Below are positions 1 to 9,523 of a DNA stretch of 64,000 nt, piece by piece. The DNA comes from Tubulanus polymorphus (lineage: Eukaryota; Animalia; Nemertea), in contig NC_134027.1 of NCBI RefSeq assembly GCF_964204645.1, positions 18,872,560 through 18,936,559 of the forward strand, given 5' to 3'. Numbering within the stretch: position 1 is the first letter of the stretch; each line of letters starts with the position of its first letter. The position numbers were made by a program, and so were the translations under genes. The notes under the pieces are model-generated. The model saw only the letters and a program-made list of their open reading frames with translations. It was not told the DNA's origin and did not search any database.

Positions 1-2048
1 GCCAAAGACCAGAAATTCGTTTGGACGGAGGAACACGAGTCGGCGTTTCGCAATCTGAAACACAGGTTGACTAGCGCACCTATCCTAGCCTACCCGAATG
101 CTATTGACCCTAATGTCCTAGACTGCGACGCGAGTGCTTTTAATATTGGCGGCGTTTTGAGCCAAGTACAGGAGGGCGAGGAAAGACCAATTGCCTACGG
201 AAGTTGGACGCTAAATAGGGCCAAACAGAACTACTGCGTAACACGTAGGGAGTTGCTGGCCGTAGTATACTTCGTTAAGTACTACAAACACTTCCTGACC
301 GGCCAGACTTTCCTGAAACGAACCGACCATAGCGCCCTCCGGTGGCTGATGAGCCTCAAGGAGCCCGAAGGACAAATTGCTCGCTGGCTGGAGTCTTTAT
401 CGTCATTCCAATTACAAATCTAATACCGCAAGGGAACACAGCACGGAAACGCTGACGGACTGCCACGCATTCCCTGTCGTCAGTGCGACAAAATTGGCTA
501 CCTCACGTGGTCCAGCACACGGAGGACGCGGTTCGGACGACGAATCGATAGACACCGAACTACACGTTGCAGCTCGTTCGCCGCAACGTCGGCATATCCG
601 AGTGACTAACTCGACATTCGGCGAAATCCCCGAGCCTTGGGACCTGACAGAGCTGAAAACGACGAGGATCTGGGGTGGCTCATTGAACTTCAGCGCGAAT
701 GAAAACCAAGACCTCATTGGCAAGACGTATCACCAAAAAGCACTCAAGCGAAACGCTATTGGTCCGAGTGGGACTTACTTCAGATCAAGGATGACATACT
801 TTTCCGCGAGTGTAGACCTCACCGAGCTGGGTTTTCCCAACTAGTTGTCCCCCCACCATTCCGCCGGACCGTATTCAACCAACTTCATTCTGGCAGCGTC
901 GGGGGTCACCAAGGAATCGAGAAAACGCTGTCCAAGGTGCAGCAACGGTACTCCTGGCCAGAGATGCGTGACGACATCGATCTGTGGGTAAAACAATGCG
1001 AGGTGTGTCCCAGGAAGAAACCGCCACCGAAAAGATATCAGGCGGAATTGCAGTCGTACAATGTTGGATCCCCCATATGGAAAGAGTAGCGGTCGATATC
1101 ATGGGCCCTCTGCAGGAAACCACGGCAGGGAACCAATACATCATAGTCATAACTGACTACTTCACAAAATGGGTGGAATGTTACGCTGTACCGGACATCG
1201 AGGCCAAGACGGTAGCTGACAAGCTTGTGACCGAATTCTTTAGTCGTTTCGGAGTGCCGAGGGAGCAACACTCAGACCAAGGCTCGAACTTCCAGTCCCA
1301 CCTTTTCCGCGAAATTTGTACCCTGCTGGGGATGCATCAAACCAGGTGCAGCCCCTACCGTCCACAAAGCGACGGCATGGTGGAACGTTTCAATCAGAGC
1401 CTTAAAGCAATGTTGTCCCTAACAACGACTGACGACCTTTTTGATTGGGACTTACAACTTCCCTTCGTCTCGATGGCTTATCGTTCGGCCCGTCACACCA
1501 CTACGAAAGCGTCGCCGAACTACCTGATGCTTCTGAGAGAGATCGATCTACCCTTAGAGACTTGATCGTCGGACTCCCTCCGATCGGTATCCATCGATAA
1601 ACGACTACACTGCCAGCGTACGAACCCGAATGGAAACGGCACACAGAGATGCTCGGAAGGCGCTCCTGAAGAACACATCGCGACAGAAAGCACTTTACGA
1701 CCAAAAACGGCACGGGAAACCCTACAACGCTAGCGATCGGGTTTGGCTCTACCACCCCAATTGACGGACGGAAATCCAACCCGCAAACTCCAGTTGAACT
1801 GGACCGGGCCGTATACCGTAATGAAACGACTCAGACGCCCTGTATGAGGTCATGACAAGCTGTCCAGCGCTCCAAAGATCGTGCACTTTGATCGACTAAA
1901 ACCGTAGTTAGGAGTGCAATACCGATCTCTACTGACAGTCGTGCCCGAAACAGACGAAATGACGATGACAGACGATAGAGAGGCTAGACGTAAACTCAGC
2001 GGCCGTACCTGCCCAAAACGCCAACGCCCAGATTATCTCTACTTGTAG
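1..2048 (+). pseudogene. Decayed Ty3/Gypsy pol (RT connection/RNase H, integrase Zn-finger, DDE core, GPY/F C-terminus); 5' part outside window
   Basis: RNase H motifs LDCDAS..IGGVLSQ..ERPIAYGS..NYCVTRRELLAVV..RTDHSAL (67-423). Integrase core ERVAVDIMGP..TDYFTKW..HSDQGSNF..PQSDGMVERFN (about 1078-1565). C-terminal DRVWLY..KLQLNWTGPY..VHFDRLKP (about 1720-1905). Several stops and frameshifts. Confidence 0.93.
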
Positions 2049-2174
2049 GCGCTGTCCACTGGCTGAATAGCAAAGTACACGTCACTCAATCGCTCTTGTC
2101 TTTTTTTTTTATTTTGCAGGTCATGGAATTTTAAATGTCGTGGTTGTCGGGACAGTTTTCGGTCTGAAGAAAAC

Positions 2175-2903
2175 GGGTACTTCTAAAGTACGAAACTACG
2201 AAATTAAGAAATATGAAACGAAATTACGAAATGCTAAAGTACGAAACGAAATACTATACGAAATGCTAAACTACGAAACGAAATGGTCATTTTTTCGCGG
2301 GTCCTGCTAAAGTATAAAATGTAATACGAAACGAAAATTTTGTAATTTTTTGCGCTATAGCAGCGGATTCGTGGAGCTGGCTTAAACATGCTCACCCGGT
2401 CTAGTGTGGCAGGGTTCCGTGCCGCGACTGAGGTTAGCGATCCCATCAGGGAGAATGATCTGCGCATGCTCATATACAACTAGAAGGTAGCGATTAATAA
2501 TTTACGGGTTAGAGAATGAAGTGTGCCTTAAAATATATCCTCCAGTGTTTAGGCTAAAAAATTGATACCTCGTTTCTCCTCTGCTGAGGAGCTTAAAAGT
2601 TGAACCGACCGGCCGCTAATCTACCCTGTACATAAATTTTTTCTGAGCTAAATGATCGATACTAGACAGGTTCAGATATGTCGGCCCGTGTCCAAGAACG
2701 GGATAATCCTGTACAATGTAACTTTCTTGTGGTAGAGCACGATATAGCGTTATAACGAGCTTTGACCATAGTATGGGCGTGTGTTTGAAATGTGACTATT
2801 TTGTTTCGTATTTCGGTTCGTATTTTAGCACTACTGGCAAAAAATTTCCATTTCGTAATTTTGTAGTTTCGTAATTTCGTAATTTCGTACTTTAGCAGGA
2901 CCC
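2175..2903. mobile_element. Non-autonomous Mutator/foldback-type element with 9-bp TSD
   Basis: TSD GAAGAAAAC at 2166-2174 and 2904-2912. TIRs GGGTACTTCTAAAGTACGAAA / reverse complement GGGTCCTGCTAAAGTACGAAA, with tandem (T)ACGAAA subrepeats. An internal TIR-like copy starts at 2299. Confidence 0.88.
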
Positions 2904-3004
2904 GAAGAAAACCTCAAAGTCATGAGCAAAAGTGCGAAGCAGTGACGCACGATGGCGTTAAATACAAATGTAAGAAGTGCGGTCGAGTCAGCGACCGAGG
3001 CGAC

Positions 3005-5867
3005 CGGAACGGCCCACTAGTCCGGGTGTCCACTAGTCCGCGGGGCCACTAGTCCGCGGGTCCACTAGTCCGCGGGTCCATTAGTCCGCGGGTCCATTAG
3101 TCCGCGGGTCATTTATCCTTGTCAATATTTTCAATCCACGCCCGATAGGCCACGCAAAATTGATTTCTTGGTTCTCATTATTTATAAAATGTACCCTCCT
3201 CACTTTCCTGAAATTTAGATAAAAAAGTTTGAACTGGTTCATATTCAAATAAAAAGACTCCTCCCCGTGGTGTCAATGTCGAAAAGTGGAGTCTATACTA
3301 AAATATTAAAAAAGACTAGCCCTCCCTCGTCAACTTTTTTCAATGTCTCTGATGAGAACCAAGCAATTAATTTTGTATGGCTCAAGGCCATATTTTATAT
3401 AACTTATAAGGAAAGTCGCCTATTGGCCATACGGTGTCTCTGGATGTCTCGATCCTATCGTGGGAAAGTGGCCTGTAATAATTTCTCACTCAGTAGTATT
3501 GTAACACCCGGCATAAACTGATGAACAATGGCTCAGCGACCACGATTAATATGCGGAGCTCATGGAAGGGGCAAAGTCTTAATTTACGAGGGATTCAAAT
3601 ATCAGTACAATAAGAAACAGAGAGAAACTATGTTGTGGCGATGCTGGAGATCCGAGTGCCGGTCAAATATAAAAACCAATATATTTGATCGCCAGCAAGA
3701 TAATGCAAATATCCAAGTCATCGGACGGCCCGACGCTCATACCCACGGAACAGATGAATTAATAATCGAAAAAGGTGAATTTTCTAACGCAGTGAAAACT
3801 ACAATACGTAACGATCCAACAAAACCAGTCAAAAGGGTATATGACGAAGAAGCTGTACGTATACGCCGAGGCCAGGGTGGTGGAGACCGTGAGATTCCCT
3901 CATTTCCTTCATTGCGATCTGCTATGAAGCGCACAAAAACTCGAAATATGCCTCCCATACCGCATGACATTGAAGACGTTAACGTTGCTGGTGCATGGGC
4001 CACTGCCTGGAATGACCGTTTTCTACTGCACCAGGATAATGATTGGGGCATTTTAATGCTTGCATCTGACCGTAATTTGCGAGTACTGAGAGCGTGCAAA
4101 ACATTATACATGGATGGAACTTTTCGAACGGCACCACGACCATATGTACAAGTTTTTACTGTACTTGGCGATTACCATGGGCGAGTATTGCCCCTTGTTA
4201 TCGCACTAATGGTAAATCGGGAAATTGGCCATTATCGCCAGATTCTACAGGTTCTGAAGCGCGAAGTAAGAAGAATAAGGAACCATAGGTGGCGCCCAAG
4301 GTTGGTCGTTTGTGATTTCGAACTTGCACTGATTACAGCCGTGGAAACGGAACTACCCAGAGCTAATGTCGGCGGTTGTTACTTCCATTTCAACCAAGCT
4401 ATATGGCGCCGTATCAAGACTCTTGGTCTTGTCAGACCGTATAGAGAAAGAAACACATATCGGAAGATAGTGCGGAAGGTGATGTCAATCGGATTCTTGC
4501 CTGTTGCGTTAGTCCGAAATAACTTTCGTTTGCTTCAAAATAGAAATTCAACTGCAAGAATGATTAGACGGTATCCTGCATTAAATGACTTCTTGTTCTA
4601 TGTAGAGAATACGTACATACAGGGTCAATTTCCAATTCGACTGTGGAACGTTTACGAAAGAAACATGTCCTGTCGCACAAACAATAATGCTGAAGGTTTG
4701 TGGCTTTTTTTAAATAAAATTATGAAACTAAGCTACCCCAGGGTTCTCTGATAAAATAAATTTCCAGGATCGATTTCCAATCTTTTGGGAATGTACGATA
4801 GCTGGTCCCATAACTTCAATAATTATTCCGACTACCATATTCGCTGGGTAGGTAGTGCGGGGTGTGATCTTGGCTAGAAACTTATAGATTTTCTTTTTGT
4901 TGGCAGTCATGGCAAATTTCCTGAACCCATATAAAATATAGCTCAGCAAACGTGCCCAGTTTCAAAAACCATATATTCATTATCTATAGTATTTTCAGCG
5001 TTTCACAGGTCCTGGAATGACAGAGTAGAGGTGAGACACCCGAATTTATGGATTTTCATTCGACATTTGAAAGATCTGCAGGTCCAGATAACTGAAAGCA
5101 TTTCCCAGATGAATCGAGGCGGGCAACCGACTGTTCGCCGTCGTAAATGGCGTAACCTCGAAAATCGCCTGCGCCGCCTTAAAACGGAATACGAGAATGG
5201 AGACAGAGACGTAGATACTACCGGAGGGCTGTTTCTCATGCGGTTGTTGACTTCTGAAGTAATATTGATGTGACACTTTCATGTTGTTTGTTAGTTCTAT
5301 ACCGGTAGTTGATTTTTGTGAAAGACTTCGGAAGCAATCAAATTTGTCTCATGGTAGTTCTATACCAGTAATTGATTTTTGTGACAGACTTTGTCTCATA
5401 TAGTTTTTGTTTTGGTGTACATTTTGCACCGTTTTTTGTCTTTTTATTCAATTTATCTAAGATCGAAGACGTTTTTTATGCGAGAATTATCCATCCAAAT
5501 AATTTGTATGATAGGCAGACGTTTGTATAGGCAGACGTTTGTCTATCTTAACTTTTTAATTTTTATCATGGCTGAATCAGCAGTGTTTCTAATAAAAAAA
5601 ACTCATTCCTTAGAATATTTACTCGTCTACTTTGCATAAAGTGTCAAGTTCTACCTATAGACGATCTAATTTTCTATTAAATCACACTTTGCTAGAGGAG
5701 ATAATGGCTTCTATATACATTTTTCCGAATAAACGGAAATATAATATGAAATATGTAGAACCGTTGAGCTTGTCTACCTCTGATGTCTCTGGCCAGGCGG
5801 CGGACTAATGGACCCGCGGACTACTGGCCCCGCGGACTACTGGCCCCGCGGACTAGTGGACCGCTCC
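3005..5867 (+). mobile_element. Mutator-superfamily (Phantom-like) DNA transposon
   Basis: TSD CGAGGCGAC at 2996-3004 and 5868-5876. TIRs GGAACGGCCCACTAGTCC / GGAGCGGTCCACTAGTCC, built from tandem 16-bp CCACTAGTCCGCGGGT units. Encodes a MULE transposase. Confidence 0.93.
3528..5273 (+). CDS. FLYWCH-MULE transposase, 2 exons (3528-4695, 4999-5273), about 480 aa
   Basis: FLYWCH-like LIYEGFKY..WRC..C..HTH. DDE motifs YMDGTF, VVCDFE, TNNNAE, plus GCYFHFNQA. A GT..AG intron at 4696-4998 restores TNNNAEAFHRSWN..HPNLWIF. Confidence 0.9.
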
Positions 5868-6561
5868 CGAGGCGACACGCTACGACGCCACGCCAGACGT
5901 TACCACGGTACATCACAGTGTGTTGTTGAAATTACAGAGGAAGGGTGGGACACGCCACCAGAAGTTAGTGTCGAATACGCAGGGGATAAGAGGAAGGTGG
6001 AGTTTGTGGGAGCAGTACAGGAGGAGAAGAGAAGAAAGACGAAGGACGAGACGGAGAAAGAAGAGAAAATGAAAGAAGGAATGGTTGAGAACAGGAAAGA
6101 AGGGTAACGCGTGGGAAAGTCGAACGGCTCGACTACGGCAGCTGGTGGAACTACGGACACTACGCCAACTGCAACGGATGAAACAACCCCCAACGACGCA
6201 TCGTGCGACCCGGAGACTGAAAGAAAGGAGATGGTTGCCGTCAGCTCGGGAGAAGTCTGTTCGAGAAGAGTAGTAACGACAAGAAGCAAAAACAGTTAGT
6301 GGAGAGGAGTCTGGAGCTCAATCGGCGAGCACGAGAGAGAGACGAGTTTGAGATGAAAAAGAGAGCGGAGGAGGTGCGGAAGGCCGAGATTGAACAACGA
6401 AGGAAAACAGAAGAGGAAGCGAAGGAGAAGAGGGAGTTAGAGAGAAAGAAGTTGGAGGAGAAGCGGAGGGCAGAAATACAACGGTGGTTGTTGGTGAAGG
6501 GAGAGAATGAGCCGGAGAGCGCACCGGTGTACTCGCCGGAAATACTCGGAGTAATAGGGAA

Positions 6562-7795
6562 ACTCACACTTTTTAAATATTCATATTTAAAAAGTGTGAG
6601 TAAAGTGTTAGCATAATAATCTAGAATAATAAGATCAAATATAGATTTCGAATAATAAAAAATTAATTTTCAATATAAAAAGTGTGAGTAAAGTGTGAGT
6701 AAAGTGCGAGCATAAAATGTGTGAGAAAAAGTAACGAGTAATTAACGAGTTGTTGGAATTAAAATCAAATTCAAAATCGAAATAAAAGAAACCAATAAAC
6801 TATTTTCACAGTTTAACATTAAAAATTATATCTCAGCAACAAATTTAGTGTCCGCAAGACATTATAAAACTGATAACATTACTTTGATTAATCAAATATC
6901 ATCAAATGAAACATATTTAATTACTGAACTAATTGATACTTTTGATAATGGTGTTAAAAATCCTAAAGTATTCAATACAGTTTTAAATTTTAAAGAAACT
7001 TTAGATGAAAACATAATAAATATTCTTAAAACTCCTTTCAATGAAAGAAAAAGTTATATAATGCTCGCTAAAGATTACAATGATTTGATTAACTTAAGAA
7101 TTGAAAAAAGACAATAATTATATTATTTCAATTTTGATAATAAAAAAATCATCTATAATGAAAATTCATCAAATATTGGTATTCAATGTGAATTAGATAA
7201 TGAAAAATCATTCAAAGATGTTGCAGTTCAATGTAATTTAGATGATGAATTTAGAAAATTCAATCCTAATGAAAAAGTGTATTGTTATTGTGGTGGCAAA
7301 TATTTAGGATCACATAAATCAAAACATTATCAAACAGTTTAACATATCAATTATGAAAAGAATAATAATTCTATATTGAAATAAGATTAAGCTGTATGAG
7401 TAATTGGAAAATTTCAAATATCATCACTCAAAAATAATAATTCAACTCTAAATATTCATATTCAAAATAAGATATTTCAAATTACTTTTAATTTTTTTCT
7501 TTAAATAAATGGATGATTTCAGCATTCCAACTGGGAAAAGTGATTTGAAGCATTATTTAGTAGCAGGAGGATTAATTTTGGCTGCGCTTTTCTTTTACTA
7601 TGAAAATATTAGTAAGGATTTGATGAATGAAAATATAAAATTGAGCAAGAAATTAAAGAAGTTAAATGGAAACAATCACAGAAAGAATAACAATAAAAAA
7701 GTTAATGATTTAAAAGAATTAGAGGATTAAAACAGCACCTTTTAATTTAATTTATTCTATATATTTCAACTATCAATGTATTAAATACGTATTCA
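6562..7795 (+). other. Very AT-rich Polinton/Maverick- or DNA-virus-like fragment
   Basis: Abrupt switch from about 50% GC Gypsy DNA to extremely AT-rich DNA. Stop-interrupted N/K/I-rich frame 6848-7384 with EKVYCYCGGKYLGSHKSKHYQTV*H. Intronless small ORF behind TAAATAAATG. The origin is inferred, not demonstrated. Confidence 0.5.
7509..7730 (+). CDS. Small predicted single-pass membrane protein (73 aa) inside the AT-rich insert
   Basis: Hydrophobic YLVAGGLILAALFFYY followed by a K/N-rich coiled segment. ATG lies in a TAAATAAATG context. Confidence 0.4.
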   Translation: MDDFSIPTGKSDLKHYLVAGGLILAALFFYYENISKDLMNENIKLSKKLKKLNGNNHRKNNNKKVNDLKELED

Positions 7796-7796
7796 A

Positions 7797-8135
7797 TCCG
7801 TACAATTCCCAAGACCGAGTATGGCTATACCAGCCCAAGCTTTTGGACGGAAACCCCAGTCGCAAACTTCAACTGAATTGGACTGAACCTTTTACAGTGA
7901 CAAAACGCTTTTCAGACGCACTGTATGAGATTCAAGACCGACCTGGTCAAAACCGGCCAAGCTGGTGCACCTTGACCGTTTGAAACCGTACCTAGGCGTC
8001 ATCAGGCCCTTCGTATCGCTACGCCGGAAGAGGAGAGAACCGGCGACCAGGAGCCCGAGGCAACCTCTAGTACACTGAGACGACAGAGTAGACGGGCTCG
8101 CCCTAAAACCCGATGTCCTGAATTTCACTATGTAG
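7797..8135 (+). pseudogene. Second, diverged Gypsy integrase C-terminal fragment
   Basis: PYNSQDRVWLYQP..RKLQLNWTEPFTVTKRFSDALYEIQ..LVHLDRLKPYLGV, collinear with about 1720-1915 of copy 1. Confidence 0.85.
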
Positions 8136-8215
8136 ACGATACCAACCCGGGAACGACTATGTTATATCCTTACCATCCCATCATAATCGACACAAAATCT
8201 TATTTTGTCTTTTAG

Positions 8216-9450
8216 GTCTCTGCATAAATGTCGAGGTTGCCGTTACGAATACAAGAACCGAGACAGCCTCAGAAGACACGAGGAAGGGTGCGAATCGCTG
8301 GCGCACGATGGCATCGTGTTCCGATGCGAAGAATGCGGAACCTTTGGATCTTGTGGAGACACCGTCAAGCGTCACGCCAGGCGAGCCCACGGTTCCTCGA
8401 AATGCGTCTCCCGATTGGTAATGGAGAAATGGGACAACCCGCCGGACGTCACTATTCTAGATCCGATCCCGAAGCGGAGGTCAGTCGTCGGCGATGTGGA
8501 TGAGAAGCAGAGACGGAAAGTGGTTGTAAGGGATGACGAGAAAGAATAGAAGCCGGAAAAAGAAGAGAAGCCGCGTGTGGAGGAGGTCGAGTCGTCCTCG
8601 GGAGCGTCAGGAGACGGAAATCGAAGAAGACGAGCTGACGATAGTAGAAAAATTGGAAGAGAGAGCAGGAGACCAGGTGGTGAAACCAGCAGAGAAGGAA
8701 GAGAATGAGAAAGAAACGGATGCGGAGATCGGCTTAATGGGAAATACAAACGGGAAAAAAAGGTTCGAACAGAGAAGGAGAGTTCTTGCAAAGTAAAGCG
8801 AAGCTTGGAACTATCAAGATGTGCCCGCGAAAAAGATTCAGCCTAGGCCAAGGAAAAAGCTAAGGAGGCATCAAGGCAGTTAGGAGGTGGATTGAGGCAG
8901 AAGAGGAGGTAAAGAGAGGAAAGGAGAGGAAACGTTTAGAGGGGAAGAGGAAGCCGGAGTTGGACTAGCTGGAGAAAAAGAGAGAGGGAGAGGAGAAAGA
9001 GAACGATGTCACCCCATATTCACCCGAAGATCTGGGGGCGCAGTATCAGAATTGGTGGGAAAATTTAACACTAACATATGTACCTACCGCCTTACCGAAG
9101 GCGAGCCAACCAGAGATCGCACAGCCTAACGTTTTGGACTCAGACGAACCATGTCCAGTGAAAGAGGCCCGACGCCTTCCAACCTCGCGGCGGGTGTTAG
9201 CACATGTACATCCAACCATTCACCGTCGTCCAGCAACGTTCCGCGAAATTCCGCGAGTTCCAGCCGAATGTCCGTTCTGTGTAAAGATGGCACGCACTCT
9301 GCCGGAATAGTTTGGTCGCCGCCGGTCAGGAAGTCGTCAGAACCGTTCGGGGAAGTCCATGTACACCCACTGGAGACGGGTGACATGCGTGTATTTGGTT
9401 TTGATGATGCCCCTGTAGACTGCGTCGCCTGTTTGATCGCAGAACACTAA
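8216..9450 (+). pseudogene. Gypsy copy 2 accessory 3' ORF (2x zinc finger, coiled coil, PYSPE, 2x HVHP..CxxC)
   Basis: Acceptor TATTTTGTCTTTTAG|G at 8201-8215. HKCRGCRYEYKNRDSLRRHEEGC..FRCEECGTFGSCGDTVKRHARRAH..WDNPPDV, then an E/K-rich stretch with stops and frameshifts, TPYSPE, HVHP-x18-CPFC and HVHP-x17-CVAC. Confidence 0.8.
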
Positions 9451-9511
9451 GAAGATCGAAGATCGCGAGAAGACCGAAGATTTAAATTTCAGGCGGGGGT
9501 GCGTGAAAGCT

Positions 9512-9523
9512 GGGAGGGGGGGA
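9512..9523 (+). promoter_or_regulatory. Polypurine tract of the Gypsy element
   Basis: G-rich purine run immediately before TGTAGTG. Confidence 0.7.

Larger units (their letters stand above)
2120..6570 (+). pseudogene. Gypsy copy 1 accessory 3' ORF (2x C2H2-type zinc finger, E/K-rich coiled coil, PxYSPE), interrupted by two DNA transposons
   Basis: Acceptor T10-ATTTTGCAG|G at 2101-2119. Removing 2175-2912 and 3005-5876 gives KCRGCRDSFRSEENLK(fs)HEQKCEAVTHDGVKYKCKKCGRVSDRGDTLRRHARRYHGTSQC..WDTPPEV..EK-rich..PVYSPE, which aligns with copy 2 at 8216-9450. Confidence 0.8.

Noticed and set aside
8216-9450. Accessory ORF as a retroviral env
   Set aside because: No signal peptide, TM segment or recognisable fusion-protein layout. 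It has zinc fingers and a charged coiled coil instead.
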